Shown: positions 56,161-64,000 of the stretch, one piece after another
Layout: each line of letters starts with the position of its first letter
Position numbering within the stretch: the first letter of the stretch is position 1
IMG/VR virus record: IMGVR_UViG_3300028886_000041
Length of the DNA: 64,000 bases
Source: a virus
Taxonomy: Duplodnaviria > Caudoviricetes
Strand: one strand, 5' to 3'
Program-made: the position numbers and the translations under genes
The notes under the pieces: generated by a model
What the model was told of the DNA's origin: nothing
The model's database searches: none
Seen by the model: the letters and a program-made list of their open reading frames with translations, nothing else

Positions 56161-56627
56161 TGTATTTTGTAAATGTTTTCTATTCTTACTGTTTTGTATT
56201 TGTTTCTTATTTTTCTAAAAAACCATGAATTATCTTTATCTGGATAAATCCATATAGGTAATTTTAACCTACGAGCATAATTAATCACTTTAGAAAATAA
56301 CCAAGTACCTAAACCAAGTCCTCTATACAAAGGTCTAGTAAAATACATTGATTGTATTCCTATTTCATCATTTATAACACCTTTAATATAAATACACCAT
56401 CCAACAACTTTATGATTTCGAAATGTATCTTCTATATAATAAGCACCAAAATTAATAATTTTATCGAAAATTACATCCGATTTAAGTTCATTCTTTTTAA
56501 GAACTAAACTCTTATAAGTAGAAAATATCAAACCCCGAGGCCTTTTACATGTCTTTAATTGATTTAATATAAATGCGCTAGGTAATTTTCCTTTAGGTAA
56601 TTTATGTATTTTAAATCTATTTTTCAT
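56157..56627 (-). CDS. GNAT acetyltransferase-like protein
   Basis: YFTRPLYRGLGLGTWL acetyl-CoA-binding motif. Confidence 0.7.
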   Translation of the reverse strand: MKNRFKIHKLPKGKLPSAFILNQLKTCKRPRGLIFSTYKSLVLKKNELKSDVIFDKIINFGAYYIEDTFRNHKVVGWCIYIKGVINDEIGIQSMYFTRPLYRGLGLGTWLFSKVINYARRLKLPIWIYPDKDNSWFFRKIRNKYKTVRIENIYKIQ

Positions 56628-56908
56628 TATGGATGTTCAGCGAAATAAGTTAACTCATCTATATATTCTTTGCTTTTTTCAGAAATAAATTTTTCTATAT
56701 AAACAGGTTTTATCCAACTATCAGAAGACGTAGTATTAATTTTTAATTGTTCTGCTTTATTTAAAATTAATTCAACACCCTGTAATAACGCACACCAACG
56801 AGAAAATTCTTCAATGGGCATATATTCGGTTTCATTATTTAAATCTAATCTTATTGAATTATCGTAAATAAAATCTTTAATGTTATCATTTTCATATACT
56901 TCATTCAT
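56627..56908 (-). CDS. hypothetical protein
   Basis: Operonic ORF. Confidence 0.65.
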   Translation of the reverse strand: MNEVYENDNIKDFIYDNSIRLDLNNETEYMPIEEFSRWCALLQGVELILNKAEQLKINTTSSDSWIKPVYIEKFISEKSKEYIDELTYFAEHP

Positions 56909-56921
56909 ATTTCTTTAAATT

Positions 56922-57569
56922 TTATAAAAGAGTTAATTGTAATAATTTATCTGCAACTACTCTAGTCATGTATACATCGTTTTTCAAATATTCTAAAGCT
57001 TGTTGTTTAGTTTCAGGATTATTAAGTAGAATTGTAAATTCGGAACCTTTACCATTTTTACCTGATAAACCAAAATATTTCGCAATTCTATCTAATGGTG
57101 TTTTATCAGGAAGCCCACAAGACCATATAACCATCAAATCAATACACTTTGATTCTAGATATTTTCCCATAAAAATATGCGGGACATTAATACCGTTTTT
57201 CCATGAACGGCGAATCATAAAGGGAATATCAAAATAATTACTATTAAATCCTACTATATAATCATTTTCTTGATATAAGTCCCACCATTTAGTCAAAATA
57301 TCTTTTTCGTCACCGTATATAATGTTAGTTTCACTAAATTGTTTAGTAACATTATCATATATGCAATATCCTAATGCAGACACATAACCTGTTAATGCAG
57401 ACAAGGGTGCTTTTTTACCTTCGAGATATTCTTCTTTTGCTTCCTTAAGATATGCATCAATACTTTCTTGTTTTTTATAATTACCCGGGGCATTAAATTC
57501 CGGCATTACTTTTTCTAACTCTTCTTTAGAAAGAGCACCAGTTTCAATATCAAATATCAAATACTTCAT
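56922..57569 (-). CDS. DnaQ/PolB-like 3'-5' exonuclease
   Basis: FDIET, VGFNSNYFDIPF, YLKND (Exo I-III). Confidence 0.88.
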   Translation of the reverse strand: MKYLIFDIETGALSKEELEKVMPEFNAPGNYKKQESIDAYLKEAKEEYLEGKKAPLSALTGYVSALGYCIYDNVTKQFSETNIIYGDEKDILTKWWDLYQENDYIVGFNSNYFDIPFMIRRSWKNGINVPHIFMGKYLESKCIDLMVIWSCGLPDKTPLDRIAKYFGLSGKNGKGSEFTILLNNPETKQQALEYLKNDVYMTRVVADKLLQLTLL

Positions 57570-57593
57570 GATTTTTCCTAATTTTACTTCGTT

Positions 57594-57833
57594 TTACTTA
57601 TCTAACAGTATATTATGTTTTACATCTAAAAACATTGTATAAGCATCTATATAATTCATTATTATATCGTCAATTTTTACTATTTTATCTTCAGGAATAG
57701 CAGATAGAAAATTTTCACATTCTTTACTATACCCTTCAGTTTCAAACGTTTCTAATTTTTCTGTTACTTCTTTGATATATTTCGTTAATTTAATAACTTG
57801 TTCGTTTATCTTTTCGAATTCAATTGTATCCAT
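57594..57833 (-). CDS. hypothetical protein
   Basis: Start moved to MDTIEF. Confidence 0.55.
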   Translation of the reverse strand: MDTIEFEKINEQVIKLTKYIKEVTEKLETFETEGYSKECENFLSAIPEDKIVKIDDIIMNYIDAYTMFLDVKHNILLDK

Positions 57834-57837
57834 AATT

Positions 57838-58200
57838 TTAAAAAATATTTCTAAATAATCGTTTAAATATATCATTAATTGAAAAATCATCCGATATTAC
57901 TTTATTTGGTTTAATATCATTGATTATTTCATTATTTTCTATTTTTGTTTTATTTTCAGAAAGAGTTATTTTTTTATTTAAAAACCGTGTTTCAACTAAA
58001 TTTCCTTTATTATTATATCGATATAGAATATAATGATTTTTATCTATATCTTTATTAAACACAATAACAGCAACGCTTTCTTTGTCATCGCAAATATCAG
58101 GACCAGCTATAATATCTCCAGATACAGCAACATAAATCGTATTATAAAAAGTATCTTCAAAAACTATCGTATTATTTTCAATATCAGTATTTATTATCAT
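57838..58200 (-). CDS. hypothetical protein
   Basis: Start MIINTD overlapping the upstream stop. Confidence 0.6.
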   Translation of the reverse strand: MIINTDIENNTIVFEDTFYNTIYVAVSGDIIAGPDICDDKESVAVIVFNKDIDKNHYILYRYNNKGNLVETRFLNKKITLSENKTKIENNEIINDIKPNKVISDDFSINDIFKRLFRNIF

Positions 58201-58853
58201 CGTATAGCACCACATTCTATTCCAGTTGTATATATAAAGCCAATAATAGTTGCAAGAATATCATAAATCATAATATATTTGTATATTCGCCGTCTAAAAT
58301 TAAACATCCCATTTTCAGAACAAACTTCATACCAAACATATGTATATACCAAACCTACAATACCAAACCAAGTTGTTCCTAAAATAGGCGTGCACGCTAT
58401 TATAATAAAAGCAAGAATACCTCCATGTATTAAATGAAATAATCTACTTAAAAAATTTCTTATTGGGCATTTACCGTATCTATAATAATCACTATCTCTA
58501 GGATCACCCCCAGCAGGTCCACCAATAAATACTTTTGGTTCAGTAGCTTTTCGCGCAGGCACTTCATATTTAAATTGAGTATATGTACTAGAAGTAGTTG
58601 GTTTCGATTCTTTTTTAATTTCTTCGGGATCTTTATACGCAACCGAATTAGAACTTACCATCTTACTATCATTATCAAATACATATGTCCACAGCGCACC
58701 ATCTTTTATAACTGAAATAGTATATGTATCACCGTTAGTTGTAAATGAATGGGGTTTGCCATATACCATGGTACCACCAATAATATTTCCATTAACATCA
58801 TATATGTTATATGTATATTGACCAACTTTTAAAACATATGCAATCTTTTTCAT
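58197..58853 (-). CDS. membrane protein
   Basis: C-terminal TM helices; promoter motif. Confidence 0.65.
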   Translation of the reverse strand: MKKIAYVLKVGQYTYNIYDVNGNIIGGTMVYGKPHSFTTNGDTYTISVIKDGALWTYVFDNDSKMVSSNSVAYKDPEEIKKESKPTTSSTYTQFKYEVPARKATEPKVFIGGPAGGDPRDSDYYRYGKCPIRNFLSRLFHLIHGGILAFIIIACTPILGTTWFGIVGLVYTYVWYEVCSENGMFNFRRRIYKYIMIYDILATIIGFIYTTGIECGAIR

Positions 58854-58890
58854 GATGCATATATTATAAAAAAGAGTTATTTTAAAAATA

Positions 58891-58922
58891 AAAAAATCTC
58901 TTCTAAAAATAGAAGAGATTTT
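58891..58922 (-). terminator. intrinsic terminator
   Basis: AATCTCTTCTA/TAGAAGAGATT followed by a T run. Confidence 0.7.
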
Positions 58923-58943
58923 AAATTATATATTTTATATATT

Positions 58944-59444
58944 TTATCCAAAAATCGCTTGATAAACCGCAGCAATTTGTTCAGGAGTTGCTTGGGCTAA
59001 TGAATTAATTATTTCTTGTTTTTGCTGCTCTGGATTGGTTTGAGCTTGCTGCTCAGCATTCTGTCCTTGAACTTGCTGATTAGGATCTTGTTGTCCTTGA
59101 TTAGGATCCTGCGCTTGTGCTTGTTGGTTTGGATCAACTTGTTGGTCATCTTCATCAAACGAACACTTCTTACATTTACACCACATTTCTTTGCCTTCCG
59201 ATTCTTTTTCTTTATAACCGGTACTTTTCATAAAATCATGAAAAGCTTGATGGTATTCATCAGAATGATCAAAAAATTCTTTTGCTTCATCTTCGGTCAT
59301 TTTAGGCTTGGGTTGCTCAAATGATTTGGTTTCGGAATCTTCATCATTAGATGATTTTTCAAAATAATCAAATCCTTCACGAATTGTTTTGTTCTTTCTA
59401 GCTACATAAGCTTCGAAAATTATATCGTCATCACATTTACTCAT
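58944..59444 (-). CDS. Gln-rich acidic late protein (possible internal head protein)
   Basis: ATAAATA before MSKCDDDIIFEAY; DPNQ repeats. Confidence 0.6.
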   Translation of the reverse strand: MSKCDDDIIFEAYVARKNKTIREGFDYFEKSSNDEDSETKSFEQPKPKMTEDEAKEFFDHSDEYHQAFHDFMKSTGYKEKESEGKEMWCKCKKCSFDEDDQQVDPNQQAQAQDPNQGQQDPNQQVQGQNAEQQAQTNPEQQKQEIINSLAQATPEQIAAVYQAIFG

Positions 59445-59463
59445 GGAAATATTTATGTTCAAA

Positions 59464-59757
59464 TCAATTAGATTTGATTTCTTTTTCTACTTCCTTTTCA
59501 GTTTGTGTAATAACATCATTTAAATAAAAACGAGCTTTCTTTAAATCTTCCAATTTCTTTTGTAGCATAGTCATTCCTTCTTCTGCTTTATAACCTGCTC
59601 TCAGAACGTATTTAATAACACTACCCAAATTGAAAGGCATTTCACGAACTATATCGATACATTCAATACCTAACTTATTTTGTTTATAATGCGAAGGATG
59701 TTCTACTCTTCCCATTTGTTCTTTATTAATTTCATCTAATGTATATTTTTTACTCAT
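59464..59757 (-). CDS. DUF3310 family protein
   Basis: VEHPSHY, IECID, FNLGSVIKYVLRAG.K, EDLKKARFYL. Confidence 0.88.
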   Translation of the reverse strand: MSKKYTLDEINKEQMGRVEHPSHYKQNKLGIECIDIVREMPFNLGSVIKYVLRAGYKAEEGMTMLQKKLEDLKKARFYLNDVITQTEKEVEKEIKSN

Positions 59758-59785
59758 CGAGTATATATTATATAAGCGTTATTTT

Positions 59786-61138
59786 TTAAATTCTACCGAA
59801 TTTATGATTTCCTATCACAAAAACATCTTTCATTGCTTTGGCCCAAGAAGGAGATGCTAATTTTGGATTGTAATAATGATTTGAATTAATAGTAGGGGTA
59901 AATTGATTATTTACTATTTGATTTGCTAGATCTTTACATTCCTCCCAAATTTGCTTATGCAATTTATTGTTCAAATCAACATTAATATATCCTTTATTCC
60001 ATCCTGAAAATTGATATTTTGCAGTGCATACTGCTGCTGGATTACCTTTATATTTTTTAGATTTTGACCTGTTAATTATAACAGAAGCAACAGCTTCTCT
60101 TCCGATTTTCTTTTCACCTTTTGCTTCATCAAAAATAGTGGCGGCAATAATATCAACATCAGAATCATTTTTCGTAATTCGTTGTGTATTAATATTTTGT
60201 TTAATTGACGTTGGATTATTAATAGTCGCTCCTTCGGTTTCTTGAGGTAACATAAAAGTAGATCCTAACATACCTAAACCAGCAATTGTTCCTTTTACAT
60301 AATCACTAAAAGATTCATTAACACATTGTTGATATATATTTTCAAAATCAATAGATTCTTTTATTTGATGTGTTTTTATGATATTAGAATTTTTAAAAGA
60401 TGATGTTACATTTTTTCGTAATTGTAAAAATTTATTAAATGGATATTCGGTGTTATATTTTTTTCTAATTTCTTGTATTTTTTGTTTAAACTCATTATCA
60501 GAAAGAATATTTTCTTTAACTATATGAAAATTTGGATAACTAATTATAGTAGATTGTAAATACCCATAATTGGTAAAATAATCATTTGGTTCTTTATAAA
60601 CAGGTGTTGTCTTTGGTGGACATATTTGATTATCTCCTTTACCGAAAGGTTCAAATATTATTTCATACTTTGTCTCTAAACTTTCAAATATTCCTTCGCG
60701 TGCATACGCTATTTCTCGTTCACTATAGAGTTCTTCGCAAGTGGTAGCTAATTTTGATTTTTCCCCTTCATCAACATCAAAAGTATTACCATAACGTTGA
60801 ACTTCTAATGCATGTGCAATTTCATGATTAAGCACATCTTTAAATATATTTTCATTGATATTGTGAATAAGAAATATTTTATTAAATCGTATTATTTTTT
60901 TAGATACATAACAACGACCAAGAGCTTCGGTATCATCTTCGTAAAACCACTGACCCCTACTCCATCCGCATTCTTTTAATGTTTTATTTTTACCTTTTAA
61001 AAATGTACTATATCTTGTATTTAATTGTTTATCTATAAGATGATTATATCTTATTAATTTTAATATATATTCTTCTCTTTTCTTTTTAAGATATTCATCA
61101 CGATAAAGAGTGGATGTACTAGACGATGTATCTGCCAT
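59786..61138 (-). CDS. SprT-like metalloprotease fused to SleB-type (Hydrolase_2) cell wall hydrolase
   Basis: ALGRC...LNHEIAHAL; IAATIFDEAKGE..G..AVASVIINR...YQFSGWN..HYYNP..P.WA...IGNHKF. Confidence 0.85.
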   Translation of the reverse strand: MADTSSSTSTLYRDEYLKKKREEYILKLIRYNHLIDKQLNTRYSTFLKGKNKTLKECGWSRGQWFYEDDTEALGRCYVSKKIIRFNKIFLIHNINENIFKDVLNHEIAHALEVQRYGNTFDVDEGEKSKLATTCEELYSEREIAYAREGIFESLETKYEIIFEPFGKGDNQICPPKTTPVYKEPNDYFTNYGYLQSTIISYPNFHIVKENILSDNEFKQKIQEIRKKYNTEYPFNKFLQLRKNVTSSFKNSNIIKTHQIKESIDFENIYQQCVNESFSDYVKGTIAGLGMLGSTFMLPQETEGATINNPTSIKQNINTQRITKNDSDVDIIAATIFDEAKGEKKIGREAVASVIINRSKSKKYKGNPAAVCTAKYQFSGWNKGYINVDLNNKLHKQIWEECKDLANQIVNNQFTPTINSNHYYNPKLASPSWAKAMKDVFVIGNHKFGRI

Positions 61139-61142
61139 ATAA

Positions 61143-61880
61143 CTATTTATTTAATGTTTTATCAAATACATTTAACATCGCTTTTATTTCATATAACATA
61201 TAATTGCAAGGTATTTTAGTCCATTTATTTTTCTCTTTATCTAAATGTAATAAAAATAATGTACCTATTTTAAATTCTGGATACATTTGTTGTAAAATAT
61301 ACGCATATAATGATAATTGTAACGAATAATAATTATAACTACAACATTGCAGATGATCTAATGGGTATAACATAAAATCATCATATTTTGAGATAAAATC
61401 AATTTTAGCATTTGTTTTAAAATCAACAATATTAATTGTTGGGGTATTAGCATATGAGGATTTATTTCCTTTAGTAAATTGAACAACATCAGACTGGCCA
61501 GCGATTTTATATTTGTGATTCCATATTAACATTTCACTATATAATCCGTTTACACCAATTTCTTTTTTTATAATATTATAAGCATCCTCACATGTATTTT
61601 TATATTCATTGTTATATAATTCCGGTTGATTAGTTATAAATCCCTCGACACCAGCATGTATCATAGTACCAAAATCAGTACTTTGTTTTGCCTTATCTGA
61701 CCATTCTTTTAAAATTTGTTCTTTTGTGGTATTATATTTACGAGCACATAAAGTTGCCATTTTTTCTTTTTCAAATGGTTTTTTAAACTTCCCAATCAAT
61801 GTAGTACATGATATATATTCTTCATTATTATCAATATTAAAATATTGATGGGTATCTTCTTTAAATATTACATCAGCCAT
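61143..61880 (-). CDS. PD-(D/E)xK (Cas4/RecB-like) exonuclease
   Basis: H.Y, SCTT, GTMIH, SE, IAGQSD, IVDFKTN, YSLQLSLY. Confidence 0.85.
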   Translation of the reverse strand: MADVIFKEDTHQYFNIDNNEEYISCTTLIGKFKKPFEKEKMATLCARKYNTTKEQILKEWSDKAKQSTDFGTMIHAGVEGFITNQPELYNNEYKNTCEDAYNIIKKEIGVNGLYSEMLIWNHKYKIAGQSDVVQFTKGNKSSYANTPTINIVDFKTNAKIDFISKYDDFMLYPLDHLQCCSYNYYSLQLSLYAYILQQMYPEFKIGTLFLLHLDKEKNKWTKIPCNYMLYEIKAMLNVFDKTLNK

Positions 61881-61902
61881 GTTTAATAAATAATTATATA
61901 TT

Positions 61903-62226
61903 ATGTTAAACGAAAAACAATTATATTGGATCAAATTTATAATTTACGTTGGTACCGCTATATTAACACCATGGGCTACTTTATTCTCTGGATCTTCGGC
62001 GCAAGATATTGCTAATATGGGATGGCATAACTGGATGGGGGTTGCAATTTCAGATATTATCACAGGGTTAATTGCAGCACGGGCATTTTTAGATACTACT
62101 GCCGGGCGTATTGCTGAAAATAAAGATTGGGAAGAATGGGAAAACGATGTTAAATCAGAAGTAAAAAATAGATTGAATACTACTGTTCCAGTCTCCGGTA
62201 ATAGCGAGGCTGAAAACGTGAAGTAA
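61903..62226 (+). CDS. putative holin-like membrane protein
   Basis: Two hydrophobic helices, RAFLD motif, charged tail; ATAAATA upstream. Confidence 0.5.
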   Translation: MLNEKQLYWIKFIIYVGTAILTPWATLFSGSSAQDIANMGWHNWMGVAISDIITGLIAARAFLDTTAGRIAENKDWEEWENDVKSEVKNRLNTTVPVSGNSEAENVK

Positions 62227-62431
62227 CTTCTCCAGAATCTTTATCTATTTCTAATTCACCTCTTCTAGTTTGTACAATCACGAAATCGCTATAGTAATAT
62301 AGTTTTCTTCCATAATCATCATACATAAGTTCACCATTTCTATTGCGAGCTTCGTGATAATACGAATTTGTAGTACATCCTTGTAAAAGGAATACAACAA
62401 ATATAGTTGAAAATATTTTAAAGTATTTCAT
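62180..62431 (-). CDS. lipoprotein
   Basis: Lipobox LQGC after a hydrophobic signal. Confidence 0.6.
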   Translation of the reverse strand: MKYFKIFSTIFVVFLLQGCTTNSYYHEARNRNGELMYDDYGRKLYYYSDFVIVQTRRGELEIDKDSGEVTSRFQPRYYRRLEQ

Positions 62432-64000
62432 TTAGATTTGTTATAATTTTGGTTCCTAATTTAATTGCTTTTGTGTATTTCGAACCCGGATCTTTTCCAA
62501 GTAATAAATAATCAGTTTTTTTAGATACACTTCCGACTACTTTACCACCAAGATTTTCGATTTCTTGTATAAGTTCGTCTCTACTAATATCATGGGTGCC
62601 AGTAATACATATCGTTTTACCAGCTAATTTACTAAATGCAGGAATATTGGTAATTTTAAATGTTATATATTCTAAAAGATGTTTAACTTCGTTGTTATTA
62701 AAAAGACCGGTATATAATGATTGTTTTGCAACGTTACCAATTGTATTAATTGTATACAATTTAATAGGATGTTCTAATTGGCAATCATTAAATAATGCAT
62801 TAAAATCATTATCATATGCCTTTAAAACATCTTTTGCAATGGTTTTACCTATTCCTTCAATACCTATTGAATGGAGCAACCGCCAAGGCTCAATATATGT
62901 TACTTTAGAAATATTAGATATTATTTTATCCGCTAATTTATCCCCCATTCTTTCCAAAGTAAGTAATTGCTCTTTAGTTAATTTAAAGAAATCGACAAAT
63001 TCTTTTAAAAATCCCGCTTTTATAAATTTTTCAATCCAAGCTCCCGAGACATCTGTAATATCCATACAATTACGACTTACAAAATGTTCCATTTTTGCTT
63101 GTAATACACCAGGGCAATCAAAATTAGAACAATACCATTGTTTTAATCCGGGGAATTGAATTGCTTTGCTTCCACAAATAGGACATTTTTCATCAAAAAC
63201 ATATGGAACAATATCGGGAGTTCTTTCTTCTTTTATTGGCCCTAAAATGTACGGAATAATTTCACCTGATTTTTCTATCCATATATAATCACCAATACGA
63301 ATATCCCTTGCGATCATTTCGTCTATATTATGGCAAGTAGCTCTTTTTACTATACTACCAGATATTTCAACCGGTTCGAGTTCAGCAACTGGTGTAATAG
63401 TCCCCATACGTCCAACTTGGAGTGTAATATTCAAAACTTTTGTTCGAACTTTTTCTGCTTCATATTTATAAGCAATACCCCATCTTGGTGATTTAGCAGT
63501 ATTTCCTAAATATTTTTGATTTTCAATATTATCTAATTTAATAACAGCACCATCAATTGGGTATGGCAAATTTTCTCTACGGATTTCTATATTTTTAACA
63601 CCCTGATACACAGTATTTTTATTACAATATTCGGTATATACAGTATTAATTCCCCACAATTTACAATCGTAATAAAATTCTTCCAAATAAAAATAAGGTA
63701 TGTCGCTGCTTCCTAGAGTATGAGCAACAAATTTCAATTTTCTATCTTTAATTATATTTTTATCCAATAATTTTATAGTTCCCGCGGTTAAATTTCTTGG
63801 ATTTTTATATGGCTCTTCACCGTTTTTAATTAATTCATCATTAATACGATTAAATTCTTCATATTCCATATATACTTCACCGCGAATATCTATGGTTGTA
63901 TTATGTGGAATCGTATCGGGTATTCCTTCTATAATAAATTTATTACAAGTTATATCTTCGCCGATGGTACCATCACCCCTTGTAACAATTCGTTTCAATA
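62418..64000 (-). CDS. ligA: NAD-dependent DNA ligase, 5'-partial
   Basis: TRGDG.GEDIT, IRGEV, NPRN..AG, DGAVIK, PRWGIAYK, QVGR.G.ITPVA, C4 zinc finger, HhH, BRCT. Confidence 0.96.
   Translation of the reverse strand, partial: LKRIVTRGDGTIGEDITCNKFIIEGIPDTIPHNTTIDIRGEVYMEYEEFNRINDELIKNGEEPYKNPRNLTAGTIKLLDKNIIKDRKLKFVAHTLGSSDIPYFYLEEFYYDCKLWGINTVYTEYCNKNTVYQGVKNIEIRRENLPYPIDGAVIKLDNIENQKYLGNTAKSPRWGIAYKYEAEKVRTKVLNITLQVGRMGTITPVAELEPVEISGSIVKRATCHNIDEMIARDIRIGDYIWIEKSGEIIPYILGPIKEERTPDIVPYVFDEKCPICGSKAIQFPGLKQWYCSNFDCPGVLQAKMEHFVSRNCMDITDVSGAWIEKFIKAGFLKEFVDFFKLTKEQLLTLERMGDKLADKIISNISKVTYIEPWRLLHSIGIEGIGKTIAKDVLKAYDNDFNALFNDCQLEHPIKLYTINTIGNVAKQSLYTGLFNNNEVKHLLEYITFKITNIPAFSKLAGKTICITGTHDISRDELIQEIENLGGKVVGSVSKKTDYLLLGKDPGSKYTKAIKLGTKIITNLNEIL

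Noticed and set aside
149-59781. TAACTCT repeats as integron attC sites or a CRISPR array
   Set aside because: No palindromic attC arms, no integrase, no constant repeat-spacer period; the fixed spacing to a -10 hexamer fits a promoter better.
61143-61880. CRISPR adaptation gene cas4
   Set aside because: Stand-alone PD-(D/E)xK nuclease without the four-Cys cluster pattern or cas neighbours; common in phages.
141-63159. Numerous plus-strand ORFs of 60-190 aa in the track
   Set aside because: They are antisense shadows of minus-strand genes, tRNAs or the intron, with no RBS or motifs. Only tnpA, tnpB and 61903..62226 were kept.

Overview
AT-rich, gene-dense window, almost entirely minus-strand coding, typical of a large T4-like/jumbo bacteriophage. 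Positions 1-49.5 kb are an accessory region of short genes. About 40 of them are preceded by a non-canonical promoter-like motif (TAACTCT-N4-TAWAAT) whose TAA is often the upstream gene's stop codon. The region holds eight copies of a DUF7666-like family, several other paralog families, DnaK, NADAR and DarG-like macrodomain proteins, a radical SAM enzyme, RtcB, a nucleotidyltransferase and an IS607 element. RNA content is rich: a tRNA-Leu(UAA) with a group I intron, a cluster of 14 tRNAs (three with unexpected long variable arms), a tmRNA, an HNH gene, seven boxA-like sites and several unannotated structured RNA candidates. Three of these candidates are hairpins displaying an anti-Shine-Dalgarno loop complementary to the phage's own ribosome-binding sites, which is the most novel signal seen. 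The right end has genes preceded by T4-like late promoters (a receptor-binding-like protein with a 1.9-kb GC-rich replacement, triplicated secreted proteins, a SprT/SleB fusion, a holin candidate) plus nucleases and a partial NAD-dependent DNA ligase. All family assignments come from reading motifs by eye; no database searches or folding programs were run.
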